Of a stretch of DNA of 64,000 nucleotides, positions 47,275-57,203 are shown one piece after another. Where the stretch lies: assembly GCA_037310415.1 (NCBI GenBank), contig CP147780.1:2144001-2208000 (forward strand), given 5' to 3'. The notes below the pieces were generated by a model. It worked only from the letters and a program-made list of their open reading frames with translations. It had not been told where the DNA came from and did not search any database. Each line of letters begins with the position of its first letter. The first letter of the stretch is position 1. The DNA comes from Candidatus Atabeyarchaeum deiterrae (lineage in GTDB: Archaea; Asgardarchaeota; Atabeyarchaeia; Atabeyarchaeales; Atabeyarchaeaceae). The translations under genes and the position numbers were made by a program.

Positions 47275-49278
47275 ATGGAAGGTAACAAGGAGGCAATTAT
47301 GGTCATGGCTAAAACTACCATCGAACCTGCTGACGAATCGGAGTATGCCGAGAGAACATTCAGAAAGTTCGTCTCGGAAGATGTCGCAAAGAACTCACCG
47401 GGAGAAGTTGTATTGCTAAATGGGAATGAGGCAATCTCGCGGGGAGCGATCGAAGCCGGCATCTCGGTCGCAACCAGCTACCCTGGGAGCCCTGCCACAT
47501 ATATACTCGAGAATGTTGCCGCAGCTGCGAAGCAGCGTGGAATACACGCTGAATGGAGCACTAATGAAAAAGTCGCATACGAAGTTGCATATGGGGCTGC
47601 GGCTTCGGGAGCGAGAGCTCTATTCGCTTGCAAGAACGTTGGAATGAACTGGATAATGGATCCCTTGGTCAACTCTGTAACTCTTGGGGTGAAAGGAGCC
47701 TTAGTTCTAGCGGTGATTGATGACCCTGGTGCAGACGTCACAACGGATGAACAAGATAGCCGCTACTTGGCGATGTTCGCCGAGATACCCATTCTCGAAC
47801 CATCTTCACCGCAAGAGTCAAAGGACATAACTCTAGAAGCTTTCAGAATCTCAGAGGCGATCAAGATCCCTGTGATCGTGCGTTCCTTGCGTCAGCTGGC
47901 TTATGGGAGGGGAAACGTGAAACTCGGACCGATCATGAGCAAGACTATTCCAAAACTCGATAAGAGTATGAGATACGTGTGTGGCATTGGCATGGTTGTC
48001 AGTGCTCGGCACTCAATGTTCCACACACAGAAACTCAAGAAACTTGAAACTTTCATAGAGGAAACACCGTTAAATGAGCTGAAGTTAAGGGGTGGAGAGA
48101 GACTCGCCGTAATCACGGCTGGGCTATCGCACGCATACCTTATCGAAGCCCTCAAACAACTCGGGGTGAATGAAGATGAAGTTGCCTGGCTTAAGCTGGG
48201 AATCTCATACCCCTTGCCAAAAGGCAAGGTCTCGAAGTTGCTCCAAGCGGTGGACAAGGTTCTCATTATCGAGGAGATCGAACCTTTCGTCGAAGACCAA
48301 GTGAAAGCAATAGCTTCTGACTTGGACAAGCACGCAGCGATCTATGGAAAGAGAACTAATTATCTGCCGATAGGAGAGCTTGACGTCCACCGAGTTGCCA
48401 AAGCAATGTCCACCTTTGCAGAGGTAGAGTTCAAAACGAGAGGATCTGAAGAGCACTTGGACAAGGCGAAAAAGATGGCTTCAGCTCTGCCGTTTCGGTC
48501 GCCTGGGGCATTCTGCCCCGGTTGTCCGCACATAGCAAGTCTCTACAGCTTGAAGATAACCGCAGAGAAGCTTTTCAATAGAAACTATAATATTCACGGG
48601 GACATCGGATGTTATCAACTTGCAATCTTGCCGCCTTATTCATTTGTTGACACTTGCCTCTGCATGGGAGCCGGACTTGGCATTGGAAGCGGCGCATACT
48701 TCGCTGGAGCCCCAGGGAAAAACATTGTCACACTTGGCGACAGCACATTCATACACGCGGGTATCCCGGGTCTGATTAACGCAGTCTATAACAAGGCTGA
48801 ACTCACTCTTGTGATCTTGGACAATAGAACCACGGGCGCTACAGGTCACCAACCTCATCCAGCTGCCTTTGGAGTCACTGCGACTGGAGAGGAAACGAAG
48901 CAGCTTGACATTGCCGAGATAGTCAAAGCTTTGAGAGTTGATTACTTGCGAGTGGTAGATCCATACGATATAGGAAAGACCATTGTCACATTTGAGGAAG
49001 CTCTAACTCAGAAAGGGGTTTCAGTAGTGGTATGCAGAAGAGCATGTGCCGTTATCGCTGAGAGACAGATGGGTGGCCGCGGGGTTTACAGACCCCCGCA
49101 GTTCAAGATTGATTCGGATGTGTGCACTAAGTGTGGAATATGCTTCGATAGACTGGGTTGCCCGTCGATCATTCAAGTAGAAAGAAATGCGACACCAACA
49201 ATTGATGATTCAACCTGTTTCGGTTGCGGAGTCTGCGCCAAAGTATGCCCTGTTGACGCAATCAGATGGTTGAAATAG
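47275..49278 (+). CDS. iorA: Indolepyruvate:ferredoxin oxidoreductase alpha subunit
   Basis: GNEAISRG, YPGSP, NEKVA, EQDSR, CPGCPH, GDIGC, GDSTF, two 4Fe-4S motifs. Confidence 0.95.
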   Translation: MEGNKEAIMVMAKTTIEPADESEYAERTFRKFVSEDVAKNSPGEVVLLNGNEAISRGAIEAGISVATSYPGSPATYILENVAAAAKQRGIHAEWSTNEKVAYEVAYGAAASGARALFACKNVGMNWIMDPLVNSVTLGVKGALVLAVIDDPGADVTTDEQDSRYLAMFAEIPILEPSSPQESKDITLEAFRISEAIKIPVIVRSLRQLAYGRGNVKLGPIMSKTIPKLDKSMRYVCGIGMVVSARHSMFHTQKLKKLETFIEETPLNELKLRGGERLAVITAGLSHAYLIEALKQLGVNEDEVAWLKLGISYPLPKGKVSKLLQAVDKVLIIEEIEPFVEDQVKAIASDLDKHAAIYGKRTNYLPIGELDVHRVAKAMSTFAEVEFKTRGSEEHLDKAKKMASALPFRSPGAFCPGCPHIASLYSLKITAEKLFNRNYNIHGDIGCYQLAILPPYSFVDTCLCMGAGLGIGSGAYFAGAPGKNIVTLGDSTFIHAGIPGLINAVYNKAELTLVILDNRTTGATGHQPHPAAFGVTATGEETKQLDIAEIVKALRVDYLRVVDPYDIGKTIVTFEEALTQKGVSVVVCRRACAVIAERQMGGRGVYRPPQFKIDSDVCTKCGICFDRLGCPSIIQVERNATPTIDDSTCFGCGVCAKVCPVDAIRWLK

Positions 49279-49333
49279 AAAACGATGCTCTGGTATTCTA
49301 GAATAGACACAAGCGCGATGTTGGCAAGGAGGA

Positions 49334-49945
49334 GTGAGAGTGCAGCCCAACAGACTCGTGAAATGCACCGACTTCCCATGCTTAGACGTAAGTAAGGAAG
49401 GCTATTTGGTGCCAGACGTGGAGATAGATCCCGAGAAAATTCATGTCATAATGATCTCGGAAGCCCCTCCTAAGGAAAAAAGCGACTACTTCTATGCGCA
49501 GAACAATCCTTTCTATTTGCAGACGACCGTTCAAGCCTTCCAAGATGCAGGCACAAAGGTATCTTCTATGAAAGATGTGCTGCACTTGGGAGTATATGTG
49601 ACCACAGCCATAAAATGCGCAAAAACCGCATACGCGATTTCTCCCAAGACGATTGAGAATTGCTCACGCATAGTGCTAGAGAACGAAATGAGACTGTTTC
49701 CAAAAGCTAGGACAGTCATGCTGATGGGAGACACTGCAATAAAAGCAATGAATTTCGTAGCCAAGAGAAACACTGGCAAGGCGATAATCCCAAGCGGTTC
49801 TACATACAAAATCAGAAAAGGCGAGTACCACTTCAAGCAGCTTAAGGTCATTCCTTCGTACCTGCAGACGGGAAAGAGCTATCTGATTGAAAAGTCCAAG
49901 AGAAAGATGATAGCAGAAGACATCAAGAGAGCGCTAGAATTGTAG
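49334..49945 (+). CDS. Uracil-DNA glycosylase-like family protein
   Basis: VIMISEAPP, TTAIKC, IENCS..LENE, LMGDTA. Confidence 0.7.
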   Translation: MRVQPNRLVKCTDFPCLDVSKEGYLVPDVEIDPEKIHVIMISEAPPKEKSDYFYAQNNPFYLQTTVQAFQDAGTKVSSMKDVLHLGVYVTTAIKCAKTAYAISPKTIENCSRIVLENEMRLFPKARTVMLMGDTAIKAMNFVAKRNTGKAIIPSGSTYKIRKGEYHFKQLKVIPSYLQTGKSYLIEKSKRKMIAEDIKRALEL

Positions 49946-49986
49946 GAAATCATTCTCTCGTTGAATACGGACTGTCACGACAGGAA

Positions 49987-51273
49987 GTGAGTCAGATGAG
50001 AGACAGCGGCAGTCTAGCGACTGGATTCAGATGCATTGAGTGCGGCAAAGAGTACACCCTAGACAAGATTCTCTACTCCTGCCCTGAGTGTGCCCCAAAA
50101 GGAATGTTTCGCGGAACACTGGACATTGAATACGACCTCGAGGAAGCTAAGTCAAGCATAAACAGAGAAGTCCTCGAAAGGAGAACAACCCCGTCTTGGA
50201 AGTACGCAGAACTACTGCCGATTTTTGACGAATCGTTCATTGTAACCTTAGGCGAGGGCAACACGCCACTTCAGAGAGCTGAGAAACTTGGCGCGACAAT
50301 AGGAGCAAAGCAGTTGTTTTTGAAGAACGAAACGCGTAACCCAACGTGGAGTTTCAAGGATAGAATCTTCTCCGTGATGGTTTCGAAAGCGCTTGAATAT
50401 GGTTACAAGACAATCGCGCTAGCATCGACTGGGAACGCTGCAGCTGCAGCCTCAGCATACGCCGCAAAGGCAGGGATCGGCTGCCACATTTTTGTCCCTG
50501 AGGCAACCTCGACAGCAAAGATAACACAGATGTTAATGCACCAGGCAGAAGTGGTGAAGGTTAAGGGAGGGCTGCTGGAGGCTGGGTCACTTTCTTCTGA
50601 GGCGTGCAAGCAATTCAAGTGGTTCAATGTTACCACTGGGAAATCAATGCAACCATATTCAACTGAAGGATCAAAGACGATCGCCTATGAGATAGCGGAA
50701 CAGTTGAACTATGAAGTTCCTGATAATGTGATCGTTCCAGTTGGTGGAGGGGACACTTTTGGGGGAATATGGAAGGGATTCAAAGATCTTAAGGAGATCG
50801 GCTTAACAGATAAACTGCCCCGCATGGTTCTGGCCGAAGCAGAGGGAGCCCCGCTCATAGCAAGAGCATTTCACGAGAAGAAGCAATATTTCCAAGTTAC
50901 CCCGATTGAGCCGAAGACCATTGCAGCAGGAATCAAGGTAGGAATCATAACTGGTCCCTGGGCGCTTAACGCCTTGAAGGAGAGCAGAGGAGAAGCTGAA
51001 ACAGTTTCAGACGATGAGATAGTTCAAGCTGAGAAACTTATGGCTGTAAAGGAAGCGTTGTTCGCAGAGCCTGCAAGCGCGGCTCCAGTGGCAGTGCTCA
51101 AGAAACTCTTGGACAAGAGCAGAATAAACAAGGATGAAACCTGTGTCTGCATTGTCACGGGAGCTGGATTGAAAGACATTGATCCCTTGGAGAAGTACCT
51201 CGAAGCTCCTCCAGTCATCAAGTCCGACATAAAAGTGCTGCAGGCCTTATTGGAGCGGAAAGAAAAATCCTAA
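49987..51273 (+). CDS. thrC: Threonine synthase
   Basis: N-terminal Zn ribbon, LGEGNTPL, NPTWSFKDR, ASTGN, EPASA, TGAGLKD. Confidence 0.88.
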   Translation: MSQMRDSGSLATGFRCIECGKEYTLDKILYSCPECAPKGMFRGTLDIEYDLEEAKSSINREVLERRTTPSWKYAELLPIFDESFIVTLGEGNTPLQRAEKLGATIGAKQLFLKNETRNPTWSFKDRIFSVMVSKALEYGYKTIALASTGNAAAAASAYAAKAGIGCHIFVPEATSTAKITQMLMHQAEVVKVKGGLLEAGSLSSEACKQFKWFNVTTGKSMQPYSTEGSKTIAYEIAEQLNYEVPDNVIVPVGGGDTFGGIWKGFKDLKEIGLTDKLPRMVLAEAEGAPLIARAFHEKKQYFQVTPIEPKTIAAGIKVGIITGPWALNALKESRGEAETVSDDEIVQAEKLMAVKEALFAEPASAAPVAVLKKLLDKSRINKDETCVCIVTGAGLKDIDPLEKYLEAPPVIKSDIKVLQALLERKEKS

Positions 51274-51399
51274 TGCGAAAAAGAGACCCTAGCCGCAACG
51301 CCCCGAACAAGGCGACGAGAACAGGTCGAAGATCAACTCGCAAAAAATAGATGAATAGTCCGGCTCGCCAGCGCCAGGAACTGTTCATCTCTAATTGAC

Positions 51400-52416
51400 T
51401 CAGGTTCCCTTCAATTTCTGGAGCCTGCTGATTGTTTCGTCTGCCTCTTTCATGATCCGTTCTATTACTTCTTTCACAGTAGGTGTGTCCTTAACCCTTC
51501 CGGCAACCTGTCCGCATAGCATTATTCCCTTTTTGATATCTCCGTCTTTCTCTGCTAGTGGCCACCTTGGCAGCTCCCATGATCGAATTTTGTCTTCATC
51601 GATTCCCTTAGCTACGAGATCCTTTTGCTCCTTCACATATTCGTTTACTAGGTGCCTTGCGGGACCAAACATGCCCAGAATAACCTCGGTATCGGTCTCC
51701 TTTGATTCCATGATCTTCTTCTTGTAGTTCTCGTGGAATTCGCATTCCTTTGTGTTGATGAATCGTGTTCCCATCTGTATTCCCTGCGCTCCCATTGCAA
51801 GTGCTGATGCGAGACCTCTCCCGTCGCAGAAGCCTCCTGCAGCTATCACTGGGATCTTAACTGCGTCCACGACCGCCGGAACTAGGACGCCAGTATGAAC
51901 AGGTGTCGGTGAGACGTGTCCACCCGCTTCGTAACCTGACGCAATGACGGCGTCGCAGCCAACTTCTTCAGCTTTCTTAGCGTGGCGAACAGTAGGAACT
52001 ACATGCATGACTTTCAAGCCTACGTCTTTGAATTTCTTTGTGAAGAGAGTCGGGTCCCCTGCGGAGGTGATGACTGCCTTGAGTCTTTTCTTGATTTCTG
52101 GGTCGTTCTGCACTTGGTCAACAACCATGTCAGCTAACTTGTACGCGTCGAGCAAAAGTTGCAGCTTCGCTACCCGTATATTCAAAGCGAAGTTTCCCTT
52201 GGTTCCCTTTTTCACGACCTGCATATCCTGTTTCATTTTTGAGACCGAGTCCGTGGCGGTGTCTTTGGGTTCAAGTATGCCAGCATGACTGACAGTGCCG
52301 AGTCCTCCTGCTTCGGAGACTGCAATCGCCAGTTTTGTTGTTACAAACGGACCCATTGGGGCTTGTAGAATTGGGTACTTTACGCCGAAAAGGTCGCAGA
52401 TTTTCGTTCGAATCAT
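51400..52416 (-). CDS. Nitronate monooxygenase / FabK-like flavin oxidoreductase
   Basis: YPILQAPM, EAGGH, VIAAGG..DGRG, MGTRF, GQVAG. Confidence 0.9.
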   Translation of the reverse strand: MIRTKICDLFGVKYPILQAPMGPFVTTKLAIAVSEAGGLGTVSHAGILEPKDTATDSVSKMKQDMQVVKKGTKGNFALNIRVAKLQLLLDAYKLADMVVDQVQNDPEIKKRLKAVITSAGDPTLFTKKFKDVGLKVMHVVPTVRHAKKAEEVGCDAVIASGYEAGGHVSPTPVHTGVLVPAVVDAVKIPVIAAGGFCDGRGLASALAMGAQGIQMGTRFINTKECEFHENYKKKIMESKETDTEVILGMFGPARHLVNEYVKEQKDLVAKGIDEDKIRSWELPRWPLAEKDGDIKKGIMLCGQVAGRVKDTPTVKEVIERIMKEADETISRLQKLKGT

Positions 52417-52600
52417 GTTTCAAGATCACTTCCAACCAAATTCGCAATGTGTATTATAGATTGATCCGCTAGTTTCTCACCTAAAAAAATTGTGTATGCG
52501 ACGATGAGGACCCAGATGACGATGAATCGAAGTAACCGAGTCGGAAACGTGGATTTGGCGTCCGGCACGAAAGGTTCCAACGCGAATCGATGATCTTGAA

Positions 52601-54130
52601 GTGTTGTCTTCCAATTGCTTGAGTGTTTTCTTTGTTTACGGAATTTTACGAGTTTCAATTTCTGTGAACGAAACACAAATCGTTAAATCACTAAGCTGTC
52701 AAAGGAAAACACGAAGAACCCCAGATAACTTGCTATTTAAGTCTCATAGAATCAAGAAGGGGGCGCTATTAAGCAAAATGGTTGAAGAAGAAATTCCTAA
52801 GATTGTGACCCCTATTCCAGGTCCTAATGCCAAGAGAATAGTGGATGCAGACACAAAGTACATAGTAAAATCAACAAAAACCGGACCGGTTGTTGCGAAG
52901 CGAGCTTACGGATCAATAGTTGAAGACGTCGACGGCAACAAATTGATCGACTTCACAGTTGGAATCTCGGTCTGCAACATCGGCTACAATCACCCCAAAG
53001 TGACTGAAGCGATCAAGGAGCAGGCCGGAAAACTAGTTCATTATGCAGGACAAGATTGGTACTACGAGGAGCAAGTCACTCTTGCCAAGAAGCTCACCGA
53101 GATAACACCTGGGACGTTCCCGAAGCAAGTCTTCCTCTCAAACTCTGGAACCGAGAGTAATGAGGCTGCAATCAAGCTTTCTAAGTTCCACCAGAAGCGA
53201 CACCAGTTCATCTCTTTCATAGGTGCATTCCATGGCAGATCGATAGGGTCTGTCTCGCTTACTGCTTCCAAACCCAACCACAAGGAAGGTTTCTTCCCAA
53301 TGATGCCCGGAGTAAGCCATGTCCCTTACGCCTACTGCTACAGGTGCGCTTACAAAATGACTTATCCGCAGTGCGGACTATGGTGCGCCAAATACATAGA
53401 GGAAATCCTTTTCCAAACATACCTCCCTCCATCTGAGGTAGCTGCCGTCTTCGCCGAACCGATTCAAGGCGAAGGAGGATACGTGGTCCCACCAAACGAC
53501 TGGTACAAGGAAATCAAACGAATATGCGAGAAGAACGGGATTCTATTCGTCGACGACGAGGTTCAGGCAGGAATGGGTAGAACGGGTAAATGGTTCTGCA
53601 CCGAACATTACGGTGTTGTCCCTGATATATTGACAACTTCTAAGGCAATCGCATCTGGAATACCGCTGGGAGCTACCGTAGTTAGAGCCGATTTAGCTGA
53701 CTGGAAAGAAGGTTCTCACAGTAACACCTTCGGTGGCAACACCCTAGCGTGCGTCGCAGCATTGACAACGATCAAAGTGATTGAAAGCGAGAAACTCCTG
53801 GAAAGAGCAACGAAGATGGGCGAGAAAGCCATGAAGAGACTCAATGAGATGAAAGAGAAATATGAGATCGTGGGCGACGTGAGAGGAAAGGGACTGATGA
53901 TAGGCATAGAATTCGTCAAAGACAAGAAAAGCAAAGAGAAGCTCTTCGAAGCACATGACGATCTTCCACTCATTGCTATAAAGAAAGGACTCGTCCTGCT
54001 TCCTTGCGGTAGGAACGGTATCCGCATAATACCTCCACTTAACGTAGAAGAGAAGATACTTGACAAAGGACTCGAGATCTTCGAAGAATCCATAAAGGAA
54101 CTCGTCAAACAGGTACCCAAGAAGAAATAG
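52601..54130 (+). CDS. Class III aminotransferase (4-aminobutyrate/acetylornithine type); start probably ATG 52778
   Basis: NSGTE, FHGRS, EPIQGEGG, DEVQAGMGRTG, SKAIASG. Confidence 0.93.
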   Translation: MLSSNCLSVFFVYGILRVSISVNETQIVKSLSCQRKTRRTPDNLLFKSHRIKKGALLSKMVEEEIPKIVTPIPGPNAKRIVDADTKYIVKSTKTGPVVAKRAYGSIVEDVDGNKLIDFTVGISVCNIGYNHPKVTEAIKEQAGKLVHYAGQDWYYEEQVTLAKKLTEITPGTFPKQVFLSNSGTESNEAAIKLSKFHQKRHQFISFIGAFHGRSIGSVSLTASKPNHKEGFFPMMPGVSHVPYAYCYRCAYKMTYPQCGLWCAKYIEEILFQTYLPPSEVAAVFAEPIQGEGGYVVPPNDWYKEIKRICEKNGILFVDDEVQAGMGRTGKWFCTEHYGVVPDILTTSKAIASGIPLGATVVRADLADWKEGSHSNTFGGNTLACVAALTTIKVIESEKLLERATKMGEKAMKRLNEMKEKYEIVGDVRGKGLMIGIEFVKDKKSKEKLFEAHDDLPLIAIKKGLVLLPCGRNGIRIIPPLNVEEKILDKGLEIFEESIKELVKQVPKKK

Positions 54131-54270
54131 GTTTCTTAGAATGGTTAACTGAGAGTCTGAGGAAAACTCGAAATTCGATTCCTACGACTCTCCAATCTTT
54201 CCCACCGCTATCTTTTTTTCTCAGATGAGCGGTTACTTCATTAACTACTAATAGCGGTGAGCATTAGACT

Positions 54271-54972
54271 TTGGCAGAAGTGACCAAGAGGTTATACTGG
54301 GAGAATCCCTATAGAAGGGAATTTGAAGCAAGAGTTGTCGCCCTGGATGGGAATGAAGTCATACTTGATGAAACGTGCTTCTACCCTAGGGGCGGAGGGC
54401 AGGTTAGCGACACCGGGGTAATAGACTCTGTCAGAGTCATTGACGTCGTGGACAACGAAGAAGGAAGGATCTCACACGTACTGGAGAAACCTTTGTCCAA
54501 GATGGTGGGAGACAAAATCCACGCCGAGATAGATTGGGAGAAACGTCACAGAACGATGAGACTGCACTCTGCGTCACACATTCTATACTACGTGATGCAA
54601 GAAGTCTTCGGCGGCGAAGTCAAGCCAGCTTCCTCAGGACTCGTTGACGAAAAGAAGGACAGAACAGATTATCTATTCGAAACATCGCTTGACCAGAAGA
54701 AGCTCAAAGAAACCGAAGGAAAGGTCAATGAAATCATAAGGGCGGCACATGAAATCAAAACCTGGAACGAACCAAGTCAAAACGGAAAGAGAATGTGGAA
54801 GCTCGACCCCTTTCCAGTCATGATGTGCGGCGGAACACACGTGAAAAACACCAAGGAGATAGGTCAAGTGGAAGTCTCAAGAGGAAAGAAACCCGGACGA
54901 GGAAAAGAAAGAATCGAGATAACTTTTGAAGAGCAGACCAACGCGATTACGACTACAGTTGAAAAAACATAA
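54271..54972 (+). CDS. alaX: AlaX-M alanyl-tRNA editing protein
   Basis: FYPRGGGQ, MRLHSASH, CGGTHV. Confidence 0.92.
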   Translation: MAEVTKRLYWENPYRREFEARVVALDGNEVILDETCFYPRGGGQVSDTGVIDSVRVIDVVDNEEGRISHVLEKPLSKMVGDKIHAEIDWEKRHRTMRLHSASHILYYVMQEVFGGEVKPASSGLVDEKKDRTDYLFETSLDQKKLKETEGKVNEIIRAAHEIKTWNEPSQNGKRMWKLDPFPVMMCGGTHVKNTKEIGQVEVSRGKKPGRGKERIEITFEEQTNAITTTVEKT

Positions 54973-55519
54973 ATACAGAATTAGGAGGACTGATTTGATG
55001 ATAATAGAGCAAATACTGAAATCAAAAAGAAGGCAAAAAGAAAAGGTCACTCTACTGGCTGAAAAAGTCCGAAAAGATAAGAAGCTTGTTACTCAACTAG
55101 TTGAGTGCTTTGAAGTTGGTACTGTTGCTGAAAAAGGACACTGTATGGAAGCGATGCAGTATATTTCCAAGGACGAGCCGGAAATAGTATTGCCCCATAT
55201 CGACTTCGTAGTTGATCATTTTGGTGATTCTGGGGCAAGAGTGAAGTGGGAAGTAGCCGAAATAATTCATAATGTCGCACAGAGATACCCTGAGAAAGTC
55301 ACTAAAGCAGTTCCGAAACTCTTGGCGAACATAGACGACAGGAGTACAGTTGCGAGATGGAGTGTAGCTTATGCACTAACTGAAATTGCGAGGAATAGTC
55401 CAAGATTGCAGAAAGAACTGATCCAGAAATTCAAAGAGATTCTTCAGAAAGAAAAGAACCACGGTGTGAGAAACGTCTACATCAAAGCACTGGAATCAAT
55501 GGGAGAGAAAAAGGAGTAG
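54926..55519 (+). CDS. HEAT-repeat protein; start probably ~54998
   Basis: Repeating helical units ARVKWE, STVARWS; AGGAGG SD. Confidence 0.75.
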   Translation: MKSRPTRLRLQLKKHKYRIRRTDLMIIEQILKSKRRQKEKVTLLAEKVRKDKKLVTQLVECFEVGTVAEKGHCMEAMQYISKDEPEIVLPHIDFVVDHFGDSGARVKWEVAEIIHNVAQRYPEKVTKAVPKLLANIDDRSTVARWSVAYALTEIARNSPRLQKELIQKFKEILQKEKNHGVRNVYIKALESMGEKKE

Positions 55520-55558
55520 GAATTGAACAGGATCAAAACTCGTTTTGGAACCTTTGAT

Positions 55559-57007
55559 CTATAGTGGCGGTTTCTTATCTTGCCATGGAAACATCTTCTC
55601 GAAGGCTCTGGATGCCCTAAGAACACTGTCATCGCCATACCGCCTTCCGACTACTTGAAGTCCCACTGGAAGACCTCTCGTTGTGAAGGCAATCGGTACC
55701 GAGGCTGCTGGTTGACCTGTTAGATTGAATGGGAAGGTGAATGCCATCCATCCTACTGGGCTAACTCCCTTGCCGCTTATTTTCGAGGGTATGCCTGCTG
55801 CCTTCGGCATGATGTCAAAGGGAGGAACTGGTGTGACCGGCGTTAGAAGGAAATCATACTTTTCAAAGATCTTGTACACCTTCTTCCAAAGCTCCTCTCT
55901 CCTAAACTGAATGCGAATGATATCTCTAGCTTTCAAGCTCTTCACTAGTTCGATGTAACCTGCGTAGTAGGGATATGCTACTTTCTTCCATTCTTCAAGC
56001 CGCTTCTCGTTTGCCGTAACGGCTTCAGCTGGAACCAGATACATGAAGTCGTTCTCCATGTTTAGCCAATCTGGTTTTATCCCTGTTACCTCGCAACCCA
56101 ACATTTCGAAGTTGAAAGCGGCCTTTCTTGTCAGGTTTTCAACCTCTACATCAACTGGGACGTATCCCAAGTCTGAAGTATAGGCGGCCTTTGTTCCGTC
56201 AATGCCTTTTTCCACATTCTCCAAGTATCGAACTCCTGATGGGGGCAAGGAGAATCTGTCTCTGTCATCTGGTCCGGCCATGATGTCAAGCATTGCAGCT
56301 GCGTCAGATACGTTCCTTGTTATTGGTCCTTCGCAGTTTAGTGTTTCCCATGCTGGGAGTTTCGGATAGCAGGGAACGCGTCCAAAGGAAGGCTTTATGC
56401 CGTACACCCCGCAGAAATTGGATGGTATCCTTATGGATCCTCCTCCATCACTTCCAGAAGCCACTGGTCCGAAGCCTGCTGCGACTGACGCTGCCGCTCC
56501 ACCACTTGATCCGCCAACTGTCTTGGATTTGTCCCAAGGGTTATGCGTAGGCCCAAATATCAAGTTGTCGGTATATGCGACGTCTCCGAATTCTGGAACG
56601 TTTGTCTTGCCGATCATCACTGAGCCCGCTTTCTTCAGTCTATCGACAATGACTGCGTCTTCTTCTGGCACGAAATTCTCATAGAGTTTTGAGCCGAATG
56701 TGGTGCGAACACCTTTGGTGAAGACTAGGTCCTTAATGGTGATCGGAACGCCTTGCAGTGGACTGAGTCTCTTTCCGGCTTTGATGTCCTTTTCAGCTTT
56801 CCGCGCTTCTGCTCTTGCACTTGCTATTGTTGGCGTTACGATCGCATTTAGCTCAGGATTGAACTTTTTTACTCTCTCCAAAACTTCTTCAAGTACCTCT
56901 ACTGGTGACAGCTCTCCACTATCAAAAGCCTTGGATAGCTCCAAAGCGCTCATCCAGAAGATCTCCTTCTTGACCAAGGGAATGCTCCTCCTCCATTGAG
57001 ATTTCAA
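55559..57007 (-). CDS. Amidase signature family protein (GatA-like)
   Basis: GVPITIKD, GGSSGGAAA, GSDGGGSIRIP, GLPVGLQ. Confidence 0.95.
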   Translation of the reverse strand: MKSQWRRSIPLVKKEIFWMSALELSKAFDSGELSPVEVLEEVLERVKKFNPELNAIVTPTIASARAEARKAEKDIKAGKRLSPLQGVPITIKDLVFTKGVRTTFGSKLYENFVPEEDAVIVDRLKKAGSVMIGKTNVPEFGDVAYTDNLIFGPTHNPWDKSKTVGGSSGGAAASVAAGFGPVASGSDGGGSIRIPSNFCGVYGIKPSFGRVPCYPKLPAWETLNCEGPITRNVSDAAAMLDIMAGPDDRDRFSLPPSGVRYLENVEKGIDGTKAAYTSDLGYVPVDVEVENLTRKAAFNFEMLGCEVTGIKPDWLNMENDFMYLVPAEAVTANEKRLEEWKKVAYPYYAGYIELVKSLKARDIIRIQFRREELWKKVYKIFEKYDFLLTPVTPVPPFDIMPKAAGIPSKISGKGVSPVGWMAFTFPFNLTGQPAASVPIAFTTRGLPVGLQVVGRRYGDDSVLRASRAFEKMFPWQDKKPPL

Positions 57008-57203
57008 TTCTGAACTCGTATCATCCCAAGATTATCGAGCCAGTGATCATTATTCTTGGAACGCTGGGGGTCTCATTTGCACCTTATTTGTTAGTAACTA
57101 CCTAATATTCTTAATGCAAAACCTGTAACCCTTCATTCTTCGAAGGAGCATGGTGCCGACTTATCTATTCCTTCAATAGGAGAAATTGGCCTTGAGTTGC
57201 CGT

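Noticed and set aside
52499-52600. Repeated CGATGA as a C/D box sRNA
   Set aside because: No CTGA D boxes at the right spacing
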